A stretch of 47,186 bases of DNA from Atractiella rhizophila. Taxonomy: Eukaryota. Below, piece by piece: positions 24,876 through 39,073 of the stretch. A program made the position numbers and the translations under genes. The notes beneath the pieces were generated by a model. That model saw nothing but the letters and a program-made list of their open reading frames with translations. It was not told the origin of the DNA and made no database searches. Location of the stretch: assembly GCA_021432655.1 (NCBI GenBank), contig MU271279.1:62001-109186 (forward strand). Reading direction: 5' to 3'. Every line of letters starts with the position of its first letter. Positions within the stretch are counted from its first letter, which is position 1.

Positions 24876-25931
24876 GAGTCCTACCTAGCAGTACGAGAGC
24901 TCAGAATGGACGGGAACGGTGGACCAGAAGGTGACTCCCCTGTCGCAGCTCTGCAGCCTCGATGCTTAAATTTGTATGGCAAGCGGCAGCCTCCTAGTTT
25001 TAGACGTTTAATCTAGTACTTCTAACTGTTTGATGACAGAGTCCCTAAGGGCACTTTTCTAGCGACATGTAGATCGCGTACAATTCTTTTTGAATATTGC
25101 GATAAAGACAAACAATACAGGTTGAAATATCAAACATTCACCTCCACATAGACCAGATGTCTACTTGTTCAACAATCCGCACCACGATTGGATAGGAGAC
25201 ATCCCATCATTTGCAAGTACTGAGAGTTTAGATGTTCACGGAACTGCAGCAGAGTATCGATCGAATGCACAATACTTGTACAACAGAACAACACTGTGCA
25301 AGATGCGAGAGACGGATAGCGATAAAGGTCACCCGTACACCTATCTTGCATCCATAGCTGCCACCCATCAGTAACTGAAAGAAGCAACGAATCACCACCT
25401 CTCGCTCCCACAATCCTCCTCCTGCGTCCCTGAGAAAGCTGAACCTGAGCAACTTAGGTCTGGCTAGCACAAGCGTTGGTTGATGAGTTGATGAAACTGG
25501 ATGACAGATGATGAGGACTGGAAAGAAGCGCCGCTTTTTTATTGACCTCACGCATTACACTGTGACTCACTCGCCCCCGACCGCGATTTGAAAATGCCCG
25601 CGCGTTTCCGAATTGTCACTCCGCTTTATCAGCCAGAACTCTCACGGGACCTCCTCCTTTCTTCGAATACCTTTTTTTACCAGGGACCAGGGATTTGGCA
25701 GGAGAACGCTTTCAGCCCGCGAGAGGGGCGAGATATCGAAGGTTCGTCAGGTTATCGCGACGCTTGCTTGTCGACTTATCAAATTGTGGTAAAGCTTGTT
25801 AATGCAAAGATACGGCACAGATCAAGTGGTGCTGGTTCTGGCTTATTTAGGACTGTCTGTCTCCTCCTTTTGCCCTCAACGATCAGTAGATTGATAACGA
25901 GCAGCAGGTTTCCGAGCGAGGAGTAGACATC

Positions 25932-28469
25932 ATGGGTCTCGAACCTCCACCACATCCAACCCATCGCGCAAACTCCTTCCAATCGATATCGGACCAACAA
26001 GTCTTCGAGGATGGACCGTCACAGATACCTGAGGTCGAATCCATGATATTTCACACTAGCAGACCTATCGGTTCCAGGTCAAGGTCGAAGAAACCCCTGA
26101 GAATCGTTCCTCCACAAGCTGGCCCAAATGTTGATGCCGAAGCCGGCGAGGAATCTCCTCTTCTCGCCGGTCATGGCGATCGTGACGGTGGAGATGCTGC
26201 AGCGAGAAGTAGGAGTGAGAGCTTGAAGGAGATGAATTCCAAGCCGTGGTATCGTCGTCCAGCGCCTGGATGGTTTCTCCCAGGTGCTACATCCAAGTCC
26301 ACCATCACGCCTTGGGATTAACAGGTTTTAGGTGCTTTGATAACTTCCTTGAGCATGGGTATCATCATTGGTCCAAAGTGCGTTATCCATTATCAGCTGT
26401 CACGATGCAATATTGATGACTTTCAGGTTGGAAGTATATCAGCGATTGGTTTGCTCAGAAATTCAAGAGTCTTCCCAAGCCATCGCCTTCAACGATTTCA
26501 ACCTGATCACTATCCCACATTCCCTCACGCAACAATCAGCACCGTGGTCTCGTCTGTTTGACTCTTCCAACTCTTCTCAATCAGAACCACCCTCAATCCC
26601 CTTCCCTGATAACTCTACACACGTTCCAATCATGATCCCTTCTGCACCAGATCCGCCTCCCGATTCGAGAGATCGTTGTCGCAAGGATACTGCGGTGCAG
26701 CAAGGCAAGTTATGTATTGAACTGAGTGAAGTCTAGCTTACGACGTGTTTACATAGCTGTCACCCAGTTGAACGTTCTTCTCACCCTTTCGATGGGTATT
26801 TTGAGCGCTCTCACCACCGGTTTCTGGGGAGGGTTCTCCGATAGGTACGGCCGAAAGAAAATTGTCATGCTCAGCGTACTGGGAATCCTTGTCAACGATG
26901 CCGTATTCTGGACCACTGTCACCTTCCGCAAGGTGCTCGGATATAAGTTTCTTATCGTAGGCCCACTCATTGAGGGCATTCTGGGAGGTCACACGTTTGT
27001 CTTTTCCATAACCCAATTCTGAAGATTTTCGTTGACGTTGGCTTTGGCAAAGAACGGCGAGCGCAGGAATGGGAGCCTACATTTCGGATTGTACTGGTGG
27101 CGGATCCAGAGCTCAGGTCTTCTCTGTCTTTATGGGTCTCTTCTTCGCCGGTTTTACTGTCGGGCCAGCTATTGGTTCTTTGAGTACGTTTCCCTTTCGC
27201 TGTAGACCATCCCACTTTCTGAACCCACAGGTCTACAGTACTCTCTCATCCGAAAGCGGATCTACTCTCGCCGTTCTACGTCTCCATGACGCTTCACACT
27301 GTGCAACTATTCTTCATCCTTTTTCTGCTGCCTGAGTCCTTGTCCATGGCTCGACAACTAGAGACTCGAGCTCTGTACAAGAAAAGTCAGGAGGAGAAGC
27401 AACTGCGCAGTTGGAAATGGAAAAGAATGTTTGGATTCTTGCGGCCCCTCAAATTGCTCCTCCCTCGACAGATAGGTGATCAAGAGGAGGAAGAGGCTGA
27501 CGGAAAGAGAATTTCTAGGACGGATCTGAAGCACGGAAAGAAAGATTGGAACCTGACCGTCCTCGCCTTCGCATATGCCCTGTTCTTGATGAGCATGGTC
27601 CGTAAACACTTCGCATCAATCGCTCTAACTGACGATCAGAATGCAGGGAATTTATAGCATCAAATCCATATACACTATGTCCAAGTTCGATTGGGGACCA
27701 GAGGAGATCGGATTCATGCTCTCTTTCCTCGGTTCCACTCGCGTCATTTCACTACTCATTGTCCTTCCTCTTGTCATCCGTATATTCCGCAAGCCACCTC
27801 CGATGCCACTGGCAACACCGACGACAACACCAGGACAGTCAGAAATTACCCTCAATGGAGAAGGAGATGAAGAATCGAGAGGAGACAGCGCGGTTCTCGT
27901 TGAAAATACCCCCGACTGGGAGGTGCATGCGAAAAAGCTCAAGATATTGCACGACTCTCGTGCGTCTCTGCTTCTCTTTACGTTTTAAAGATAACTAACA
28001 TTGGTTTGCAGACTTCGATCTTTTTCTCGCTCGCCTATCCATTCTTGTGGACTTCCTCTCGTACTTCCTCATCACGCTGTCACATAACCCTATGCAATTT
28101 CTCGGAGCATCGGCTATTCAATCCCTTGCTGGTGGTGGTTCTCCAGCTCTTCAATCGCTAGCTCTGTCGCTCGCTTCTCCCAATGACAGCGGGAAGATCC
28201 TCGCCGCCTTAGGAGTTTTGCAGGGTTTCTCATCCCAGGTCTTGGGGCCTCTGATCTATGGAGGCATCTATTCGGTCACCTTCTCCAAGTGGCCAGAAGC
28301 GGTTTTCGCCGTCGCTGCCAGCATTTATATGCTTGCTTTCCTCATCCTTAGTGGGGTCAGGTTACCCCCGAAGAAGGAGACGGAGAAGAAGGGGAAGAAG
28401 AAGGGGAAGAAGAGGGAGAGAGGGAGGAGCAGGACGAGGAGGGAAAGTGGAGTGGGAACTTGGGTGTAA
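25932..28469 (+). CDS. MFS transporter (SLC46/TetA-like), copy 1, multi-exon, apparently intact
   Basis: Motif A FWGGFSDRYGRK, plus AYISDCT..RAQVFSVFMG..GFTVGPAIGS and QVLGPLIYGGIYS. All introns close in frame. Confidence 0.9.
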
Positions 28470-29769
28470 TTGGTGGATGAGTGATACCCGTAGGAAGGTC
28501 GCTTTAGGACATTTCATAACCGGTTGTCTTGAGCGTCTCTTCAATATACAAGAACGTTCTTTTGCTCTTCTCTCTGCATTACCTTTCGATCTTCTTTGAT
28601 TTTGTACTATTTCCTTCAGCGCTTCAGCAATCATGCCCTTTTCATTCGCTAAATTCATCAATTTAGATACGAATTAACACTGCTGTACATTATGTTCAGT
28701 GGACAAGCTGTAATACATGCAATCTGCTTGATCTCTCTTCAAACAATCAATTAGTCGAATCTGTTTGTCATCGAGATATATTAGTATAAAGAATCCTGTT
28801 GCTCGAAAGATAAAAAATTCAAACTCGTTCAGGCCTTTTGGCCTTCTGAGGATGATAATAAGTGGTTAACTATATAGAATGTGCGAGGCTGATTTTTAGA
28901 GCGTAAGACATGATATGGTAAGGTTTTGCTGCTTGAGAGAGTGAGAAATGTACTTTCTACCACTTTGCACTAACAATCCCCAATCACTTATTAGTGAGTG
29001 CAAATGGTATAAACGAATATGTGATTCCCTGGATGGGAACATAGAGCAGTTCTTATAGCCTAAAATCTTCACTTTAGCTCGTCGAGTCCATAATGCAAAA
29101 CGAATATGAGATTCTGGAAAGAAAAGGAATGAAAACACAGCAAGCATACTTATAGTCGTAAACAGTAAAATCTCATGTTTGGCACGGCATCCCATATCGC
29201 AAAGCAAATAAAACTAACAAGTGGCATCCTCGGATTCCAACACTCAACATGTAATTTCGCAGCTCATGCTTACCATTTTAATCCGCTGCACGTGTTCATT
29301 CGTGCCTCCTTGAACTCCTCGTCCTACACAGTCTGCATTTAAGCCCCATGCGCGGACGAAAGAGAAGCGGCAGTCGAAGCAACGTTATCAACAACTGGGC
29401 CTTTTTAATTACCAGCGGGCGGTCCTGTGTGACAAGAACTGGTATCTCTTTGCATGAACAACAGTAGCTTCAAAGTCGTCGAAACATTCTGCCTACTTGA
29501 ACTCGTAGTCTACAGCAATATGTTCCTGTTCCACTGTTCGACGTGACTATCGGATCTAAAGCTTCAGCCGAATCGTCCCAGTGATTATCCAACGTAAAAC
29601 AGTAGTCGTCTGCTTCTTGCATTTTGGTATGAGTCCCAGGAAGGCGAACAGCCTTGAATGGAAAACCGACTTAACTCAATGGATGTTTCGGATCCAAAGC
29701 ACAACAAATTGGTCAAACAAATCTGAACATTCGAACACAAGACTGAGCACACACTTAATTGTCGTTTCG

Positions 29770-32700
29770 ATATGCATTCGAGATCGCTCAACTCGCCGAA
29801 TTTGAGTGCATGATCGAATCCGCTTTCGACCCACTCGCGCAAGGAGTCCGATGATGATCCGCATCCGACTCTTGATGGTAGGTATAAAGTTCGGAATGGT
29901 CCTGAGGAAGAATGTATCGGTCACATTTCTACTTCGATCCAACTCCGACTACTGGAAATCGAGCGGAACGAAATCGTTAATGGGACGAGAAGACCGATTT
30001 CTGTCGATAGAATCGCTGGATTGACGACGTGACAAGACAGAAACTACTTCGAAAGTTCAGTAACAGCGGAGAGAACAAAGACAGAGAGCATACTCGAACA
30101 TCTCCGATGCATGCCTTCCACACGCAACTCTCGGTATGGTTACGATGGTCGCTTCGCTCTCCTCGTTTCTGCCTCTGACCAGATTTGGGTGGTCACATGT
30201 CCTCGGGATCAGCTCCTTTGTTCGAGCCACATGGCGATGCGAACTTGTCGATTTGTTGTTCACGAGGTATCGCTGACACTATAATGATAGCGTAGAATCA
30301 TTGGATGGGATCGGTGAACAATAATGGATCCACATCTTCTGACCTCGATCTGGATGCCAAAGAACACGAATGCTGTTCAAACCCTCAGAGAGAGAAGCGA
30401 TTCACCCCATGCATTCGGAGAAGATGGAGTCGATAAGAGCAGGTCGAGTTTCCGTCGATCCAATCCTGGATCAACGAGGATGCACAAGAAGAGGGTAGTG
30501 GACATCATCAGCAGAATGATACACGAATCATCGTCCCGACGCGGCAGACAGTACGAAAGACCAAAGCTGAGTACAGTACTCGCATAAAAACTTCTTCCAC
30601 CATTGTCAGCTCCAGCCTGACACAACCCATAGATGTCCTTCCTAATGGACGTAAACGACCTTCGGACGAACCTCGCCGATGAAACCATGTGACTGCTCTC
30701 TAACGAAGCACTTGATCTTCGGATGGCCATGCAGGAAAGACATCGCTGACGCTCGAAACGTCAGGCCGGACCCTCCCCTTTTCCCCTGAGATGGACAGTT
30801 CGTGCTAGAACAGATGCAGACGGCGACAAGGATGATGCCCAAGTCTCCATCATACTCCGATGGCTTCTACTCTTTGGAGCATCGATCCCCTGCGTACCAC
30901 AAGGCGTGCTTTGTACTTAGATCACCTCCCCACGAGGGTGGCAAGCTAAACCGTAAGAACCCATTTAACGCATGAAGAGCCGTTCTCCAAGAAGGCAACT
31001 CCGTCAAGCCACCTAGCCACGTCCCCATCAGACTCGAACGCCGAAATCTCCGCAACCATAGAAGCTAACCACAAACCGCAGTCAGGTCCAGCGATTGGAC
31101 CTGTTTGAACCTTGGTCCACTGCGATACGGACCGTCCAGAACACTTCCTCGACTCCATAAACGTCGAGTATCGTCCTCAAGCGTAACCTCGTAGACTGAT
31201 GGGTATCGTTCCACTTCTGGACGCACAGCATGCCCTAAAAAGGGGCGACGACTTCATCATTACCGCACACTTGAGCGTAGTACAGACCTCGCTAATGAAG
31301 TTTCTTGTAATCCCACCTATTCGGCCCGGCGCCACGTATTCCTCTCAACAGCAGCTGTTGACGTTGAGGGGAGAAACTAGCAAGTTCGCATACCTGGGCC
31401 CTCGCCTTCCGTAAAAATGCTTTCCATTCTCCTCGCAACTCCATCCTGGAGCAAACCAGGAGGTCCCCTTCTGGAGGTTAAAGAAGGACGGACGGAACTG
31501 AATCTCCCCCCCTTGTTCTACAGCCACATGAGTTTTGACTAAGTCGCTTTCTTGAAAGTGTAGAAGACACCGATGTGTCAGCGTATCGCAGGGACGTGAA
31601 GTTCGAACATCGTCCAATGCCAGCACGGTTGACGGTAAAACGAAACGTCCATCCCAGATCTCCCTCTATCCGCCCTATCTCTCCCTGACATCCTGATCGC
31701 TCCGAGGTATCAGAATGTCAAAGAAATCGTCAGGCTACAGGTGACAAATTCTCTCAGTTTCATGATAGCCTCTTTCAGAGTAGAACTTATTTGCGAAGAA
31801 TACTAGCCGACTTAGCCTTCTACTATCGTCCGCCTAAAAGGATCCAAGAATCACGCATCGCCTAACCGACAGGGACAAATGCCAACGAAGATGACATCTA
31901 ACTTTGCTCGGAGTAATAGCTTCAAAGAAACCCTATTGCTCAGCCATGATCGCACACTGCAGCGAGACAACCAAATACCCTGATGTGCGTCATAACAGGA
32001 GTTATTCCATGAAACTTTTCGGAGGAGAGACCTGGATCTGGACTCGCATGTTCCCATGCGTAGACCATAATCTTCCTCACTATCCGACGGCAACTCTCAA
32101 CGCCTCATACCAAAGCTACAAACGGACTCAGAAGTCGAGGAGCAGACATCGAACCATGTTGAAAAGAGTATACCATTGTCGCTCCCACATTCACGCCCGG
32201 ATCGTGTGCATACGGAATGCTCGTCATGGTAGAAATCGGATGTTTGTCACACCAATTCTTCAGTGCAAGCGACCAAGGAATTCCATGGTCTTGGTCGTGG
32301 CGTGATCTTGCGGACGTCTACGTCAAGGTGCCCGGGAGGATAGCTGCTCTGACCCCGTCCAAGATGTGATGGTGCCTAGGATGATGAGCTGCATTCCGCC
32401 TACAATCATATGATCTGAACGCAACATCGACGACGCCGAGAAACGGATAGGAGATCCCTGAAGACTCGGACAACTCTCGATGGACACCATGTATCAAATC
32501 CCAACGTCAGCCCGGGTCTATGATCTCCAATACACGCAGGTACCGTACGACCTTCCGTACGTAGATGTCCCTCTTGCACGATGGAAAGCCAATGAGCTCA
32601 AAAAGGAGATGCATGGAAGCTATCCCGTACACTGAGACGGAAGACACAATTTCATTTGGAATCGCGAGTCGAAGCCGGATAACCGATGAGGTGCGCGAGA

Positions 32701-33424
32701 CGTTGAGGCCATATACGAAGATCGCACTTGCGATAAAAGACGGAGGAGGAAGCGATCGATGAAGTCTCCGTTGGAGAGGGGGTAGCCGATGCAGGTAAGG
32801 ATCAACCGACGGGAGGGAGCGTATGGAGCCCGAAGAAGACGGAGGAGAGGTCGACTGAGTGCTAGAAGAGGCAGAGGATATGTTGGAGAGCAACGACGAG
32901 TAGTGGGTGCGGATGTGGCTGAATTCGTCCTCGATCGCATGGAGGTAGCGGGGGTGGAGAGGAAGGATGTGGAGCTGTTGTTGAAGTCTGGCATGGGCAA
33001 CGGTTTGTTCTTCGGTGCCTCCGATGGCGAGGCATTGCACTCCCTCTCCTTCGCTCGATCAACTGAAGCCTTGTGCCAGCCCAACTTGTGGCCACAAAGG
33101 AAGCAGTTGGTTCCCTCTCCATCCAGTGCTCCATTATCCCCAACCCACACCGGACACCGACACTCCTTGCTCTTGCAGTGCTCCAAAGCATGTCCCGTCG
33201 CTGCCATCGCCTTCGAAATCTCCACCGCACTTAGCGAAACTCGCCTGTGGTGCCAGTAGAGCTCATGCTCGCAAAGGTCGCAACGAGTGCCAGTGATGTT
33301 GGCTTGAGCTGGAGCTTCATAGACGGGGACAGTTGCATCCTGATTCACGGCAGTAAGAGAGATTGTTGGAGAGGTCGGGAGGAGGAGTTGGAGGTGCGGT
33401 GGGAGGGATCAGCTTGGAAATCAT
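29770..33424 (-). pseudogene. Degenerate copy of the zinc-module/arrestin gene
   Basis: The 5' part is nearly identical to copy 2 but has a 1-nt deletion at ~32896 (caacgacgag vs caacgagcgag). The 3' part is riddled with indels and carries an insertion at ~30335-31065. Confidence 0.75.
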
Positions 33425-33873
33425 GATGATCGCTTTCTCGTTCGCTCGTGCTGCTGCCAAGTGATGATGAGCAAACTGCAGACAATATTCAGCACCGATG
33501 CAGGCTTTATGACGGGGAGAACTTGACAAGCCGATTACGCACCCACATAAGCAGTCAATAGTAAACGTAGAGCTTGAAGCTTGATTTTGAACGCGTATCA
33601 AGGTGAACCTGTAACACCCCCCAACTCGATCGTTCGGCTTCTCTTGCTCAGATCTCGTTCCTGTGAACGGATTTCTGGGCCCTGCAGCCGTCTTTATAGA
33701 AAAATGAGCCGCGAAATCGCTGGCCGTCGCACCGTCGCAGCTGCAGAATAGATATAAGATATACTTCTGGGGACCACGCGGACCGAGCATTAGCGAACCT
33801 CTCGGTTGGGCAGATCGAGCCAACTGATAGCTTGAGATGGGTCGCCTTTGAAAAGGTTTGAAAGTTTCGGAGA

Positions 33874-33898
33874 NNNNNNNNNNNNNNNNNNNNNNNNN
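33874..33898. other. Assembly gap (25 N) at the junction of the two copies
   Basis: Run of 25 n. Confidence 1.
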
Positions 33899-35135
33899 GG
33901 GAAACCATCGCAGGAGGTCTCAATCTAATCACACCTCTCAAGGGCAGCGTTCTCGACCTCAAGAGTACCGCGAGGATGAGGAGGTTCAAGATGGTTCTTT
34001 CTCGTACCGTCGTGCTCCAAGTGTGACTGTTCTACTACCTAGCAGTACGAGAGCTCAGAATGGACGGGAACGGAGGGCCAGAAGGTGAACTCCCCTGTGG
34101 CAGCTCAGCTACCAGCCTCGATGCTTGAATTTGTATGGCAAGCGGCAAGCCTCCTAGTTTAGAAGTGGAATCCAGTACTTGTAACTGTTTGATGACAGAG
34201 TCACTAAAGGCACTTTTCTAGCGACATGTAGATCGCGTACAATTTTTTTTTGAATATTGCGATAAAGACAAACAATACAGGTTGAAATATCAAACATTCA
34301 CCTTCACCTGCACATAGACCAGATGTCTACTTGTTCAACAATCCGCACCACGATTGGATAGGAGACATCCCATCATTTGCAAGTACTGAGAGTTTAGATG
34401 TTCACGTAACTGCAGCAGAGTATCGATCGAATGCACAATACTTGTACAATAGAACACTGTGCAAGATGCGAGAGACGCGTAGCGATAAAGGTCACCCGTA
34501 CACCTATCTTGCATCCATAGCTGCCACCCATTGGTAACTGAAAGAAGCCAACGAGTCACCACCTCCCGCTCCGTCGCACAATCCTCCTCCTCTGTCCCTG
34601 AGAAGGCTGAACTTGAGCAACTTAGGTCTGGCTAGCACAAGCTTTGCGTTGGTTGTTGAGTTGATGAAACTGGATGACAGATGATGAGGACTGGAAAGAA
34701 GCGCCGCTTTTTCATTGACCTCACGCATTACACTGTGACTCACTCGCCCCCGACCGTGATTTGAAAATGCCCGCGCGTTTCCGAATTGTCACTCCGCTTT
34801 ATCAGCCAGAACTCTCACGGGACCTCCTCCTTTCTTCGAATACCTTTTTTTACCAGGGACCAGGGATTTGGCAGGAGAACGCTTTCAGCCCGCGAGAGGG
34901 GCAGCGATAGGAGCGAGATATCGAAGGTTCGTCAGGTTATCGCGACGCTTGCTTGTCGACTTATCAAATTGTGGTAAAGCTTGTTAAAGTGACGCAAAGA
35001 TACGGCACAGATCAAGTGGTGCTGGTTCTGGCTTATTTAGGACTGTCTGTTTGCTCCTTTTGCCCTCAACGATCAGTAGATTGATAAGGAGCAGCAGGTT
35101 TTCGAGCGAGGGATCGGGAGAGAACAGTTGACATC

Positions 35136-37676
35136 ATGGGTCTCGAACCTCCACCACATCCAACCCATCGCGCAAACTCCTTCCAATCGATATCGGACCA
35201 ACAAGTCTTCGAGGATGGACCGTCACAGATACCTGAGGTCGAATCCATGATATTTCACACCAGCAGACCCATCGGTTCCAGGTCAAGGTCGAAGAAACCC
35301 CTGAGAATCATTCCTCCTCAAGCTGGCCCAAATGTTGATGCCGAAGCCGGCGAGGAATCTCCTCTTCTCGCCGGTCATGGCGATCGTGACGGTGGAGATG
35401 CTGCAGCGAGAAGTAGGAGTGAGAGCTTGAAGGAGATGAATTCCAAGCCGTGGTATCGTCGTCCAGCGCCTGGATGGTTTCTCCCAGGTGCTACATCCAA
35501 GTCCACCATCACGCCTTGGGATTAACAGGTTTTAGGTGCTTTGATAACTTCCTTGAGCATGGGTATCATCATTGGTCCAAAGTGCGTTATCCATTATCAG
35601 CTGTCACGATGCAATATTGACGACTTTTCAGGTTGGAAGTATATCAGCGATTGGTTTGCTCAGAAATTCAAGAGTCTTCCCAAGCCATCGCCTTCAACGA
35701 TTTCGACCTGATCACTATCCCACATTCCCTCACGCAACAATCAGCACCATGGTCTCGTCTATTCTCCTCTTCCGACTCTTCTCAATCAGAACCACCCTCA
35801 ATCCCCTTCCCTGATAACTCTACACACGTTCCAATCATGATCCCTTCTGCACCAGATCCGCCTCCCGATTCGAGAGATCGTTGTCGCAAGGATACTGCGG
35901 TGCAGCAAGGCAAGTTATGTATTGAACTGAGTGAAGTCTAGCTTACGCCGTGTTTACATAGCTGTCACCCAGTTGAGCGTTCTTCTCACCCTTTCGATGG
36001 GTGTTTTGAGCGCTCTCACCACCGGTTTCTGGGGAGGATTCTCCGATAGGTACGGCCGCAAGAAAATTGTCATGCTCAGCGTACTGGGAATCCTTGTGAA
36101 CGATGCCGTATTCTGGACCACTGTAACCTACCGCAAGGTGCTCGGATATAAGTTTCTTATCGTCGGCCCAGTCGTTGAGGGCATTCTGGGAGGTCACACG
36201 TTCGTCTTTCCCATGACCCAATTCTGAAGATTTTCGTTGATGTTGGCATTAATCGCAAAGAACGGCGAGCGCAGGAATGGGAGCCTACATCTCGGATTGT
36301 ACAGGTGGCGGATCCAGAGCTCAGATATTCTCTGTCTTCATGGGCCTCTTCTTCGCTGGCCTTACTGTTGGGCCAGCCATTGGGTCTTTGAGTGCGTTTC
36401 CCTTCCACTGTGGGGCATCTCACTTTCTAAACCATCACGATACAGTCCTTTCTCATCCCAAAGCGAATCTACTCTCACCGTTCTACGTCTCCATGACGCT
36501 TCACACATTCCAACTACTATTCATCCTTTTTTTGCTGCCTGAGTCCTTGTCCATGGCTCGACAACTAGAGACTCGAGCTTTGTATAAGAAGAATCAGGAA
36601 GAGAAGCAACTTCGAAGCTGGAAGTGGAAAAGAATGTTTGGATTCTTGCAACCTCTAAAACTGCTCCTGCCTCGACGGATAGGTGATCAGGAAGAAGAAG
36701 AGGCTGGAGGAAAGAGGATTTCCAGGACGGATCTGAAGTACGGAAAGAAAGATTGGAATCTGACTGTCCTTGCCTTCGCATATGCACTCTTCTTGATGAG
36801 CATGGTAGGTATACACTTTGCATCATTTGCTCCCACTGACGATCAGAATGCAGGGAATTTACAGCATCAAATCCATATACACTATGTCCAAGTTCAATTG
36901 GGGACCAGAGGAAATCGGATTCATGCTATCCTTCCTCGCTTCCACTCGAGTCGTCTCACTACTCATCGTGCTTCCTCTCGTCATCCGTATCTTCCGCAAG
37001 CCCCCTCCCATGCCACCAACAACACCGACTACAACACCAGGACAGTCAGAAATTACCATCAACGGAGAAGGAGATGAAGAATCGAGAGGAGACAGCGCTG
37101 TTCTTGTTGAAAATACCCCCGATTGGGAGATACATGCGAAAAAGCTCAAGATATTGCACGACTCTCGTGCGTTTCTGCTTCCCTTTAAAGTCTAAGGTAG
37201 AACTAATGTTTATTACAGACTTCGATCTATTTCTCGCTCGCCTATCTCTTCTTGTGGACTTCCTCTCTTACTTCCTCATCACGCTCTCACATAACCCTGT
37301 GCAATTTTTGGGAGCAACGGCTATCCAATCCCTTGCTGGCGGTGGTTCTCCTGCTCTTCAATCGCTAGCTCTGTCGCTCGCTTCTCCCAACGACAGCGGG
37401 AAGGTCCTCGCCGCCTTAGGAGTTTTACAGGGTTTCTCATCCCAGGTCTTGGGGCCTCTGATCTATGGAGGTATCTATTCGGTCACCTTCTCCAAGTGGC
37501 CAGAGGCGGTTTTCGCCGTCGCTGCGAGCATTTATATGCTTGCTTTCCTCGTCCTGAGTGGGGTCAGGTTGCCCCCGAAGAAGGAGACGACGAAGAAAGA
37601 GAAGAAGAAGGGGAAGAAGAGGGAGAGAGGGAGGAGCAGGACGAGGAGGGAAAGTGGAGTGGGAACTTGGGTGTAA
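35136..37676 (+). CDS. MFS transporter (SLC46/TetA-like), copy 2, apparently intact
   Basis: Same exon structure and motifs as copy 1. The visible differences are mostly synonymous or conservative. Confidence 0.9.
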
Positions 37677-39073
37677 TTGGTGGATGAGTGATACCCGTAG
37701 GAAGGTCGCTTTAGGACATTTCATAACCGGTTGTCTTGAGCGTCTCTTCAATATACAAGAACGTTCTTTTGCTTTTCTATCTGCATTACCTTTCGATCTT
37801 CTTTGATTTTGTACTATTTCCTTCAGCGCTTCAGCAATCATGCCCTTTTCATTCGCTAAATTCATCAATTTAGATACGAATTAACACTGCTGTACATTAT
37901 GTTCAGTGGACAAGCTGTAATACATGCAATCTGCTTGATCTCTCTTCAAAACAATCAATTAGTCGAATCTGTTTGTCATCGAGATATATTAGTATAAAGA
38001 ATCCTGTTGCTCGAAAGATAAAAAATTCAAACTCGTTCAGGCCTTTTGGCCTTTTGAGGATGATAATAAGTGGTTAACTATATAGAATGTGCTCAACGCC
38101 TGTGCGAAGCTGATTTTTAGAGCGTAAGACATGGTACGGTAAGGTTTTGCTGCTTGAGAGCATGAAAGCTCCTAAATTCGAATCCTTTGACACCGAGTGT
38201 GCTAGTGTTGAGAAATATCTCATCCTTGTTTCCATTTTCACAGTTCCCATAAAGCAAATTGAATTTTGAGGTTCCATGGGTGGGAACATTAGAGCAGTTC
38301 TTATAGCGTAAAACTTCAGTTTTGCTCGCAGTCCCTTATCCCAAAGAAATATATGTCTCCTCTGGTTCGAAGTCCTGAACGCATTCATGGTAAAGGTTTT
38401 AATCTGTCAAATCTCATGTGTGTCCTAGCTCATATTGTCATACAGCCAAGAAAACTCAAGTTGGCAGGAGTCTCCTCAGCATCAACATGTATAATTTCGC
38501 AGCCTTTCGAAAGTCATATTCCATTTGGAATTCACCGGTGGACGTGTTCATTCTGCCTCCTTGGACTGCTCGCCTACGCAGTCTGGATTTATGCCCTCAA
38601 ACTTGCGGCGGACGAAAGAGCAGCGGAATTCGGAAGCAATGTTATCAACAACTGGGTCCTTTTTGCTTACCCAGCGGGGGGTGCCGTCGGTGTGCCTACA
38701 ACAAGAACTGGTTAAGTATGCTCTTTGCATTGCTCAAGAGTAGCTTCAAAGTCATTCGAATGCATTTTCGTACTTTCGCTCGTAGTTCTACAACATTTTC
38801 CTGTTCCACTGTTCGACGTGACTATCCAGTTTGAGTCCCTACGTGCGCTTAAGACGGTCATGATCCCAGTGAGTAATCCATGAGGTAAAACAGTAGTCGT
38901 CTACTTCTTCTATTGCATTTTGGTATGAGTCCGCGGAATGCGCAACGAGCTTGAATGGAAAACCGACTTAACTCAATAGTATTTTTTTCGGATCCAAAGC
39001 ACAACAAAATTGGTACAACAAATCTGAACAGATTCGAAAACACGACTGAACACAATATTTAATTTTCGTTTGG

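Larger units (their letters stand above)
24748..33873 (+). repeat. Copy 1 of ~8.3-9.1 kb duplicated segment (haplotype or tandem duplicate)
   Basis: Begins gggaaaccatcacaggagatctc, matching 33899, and ends aaagtttcggaga, matching 42218. Confidence 0.95.

Noticed and set aside
25165..25374. 69-aa ORF retained in both copies (34331-34537)
   Set aside because: Non-ATG start and no motifs. Its conservation is explained by overall copy similarity.
28900..33400. Mating-type or incompatibility locus suggested by the divergent copies
   Set aside because: No homeodomain, pheromone CAAX precursor, STE3 receptor or NLR/HET gene was seen, and the divergent copy is frameshifted rather than an alternative functional allele.
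33660..33710. Single-base homopolymer differences between copies (ggg/gg, aaaaa/aaaa)
   Set aside because: Non-coding, next to a contig end and typical of sequencing error.
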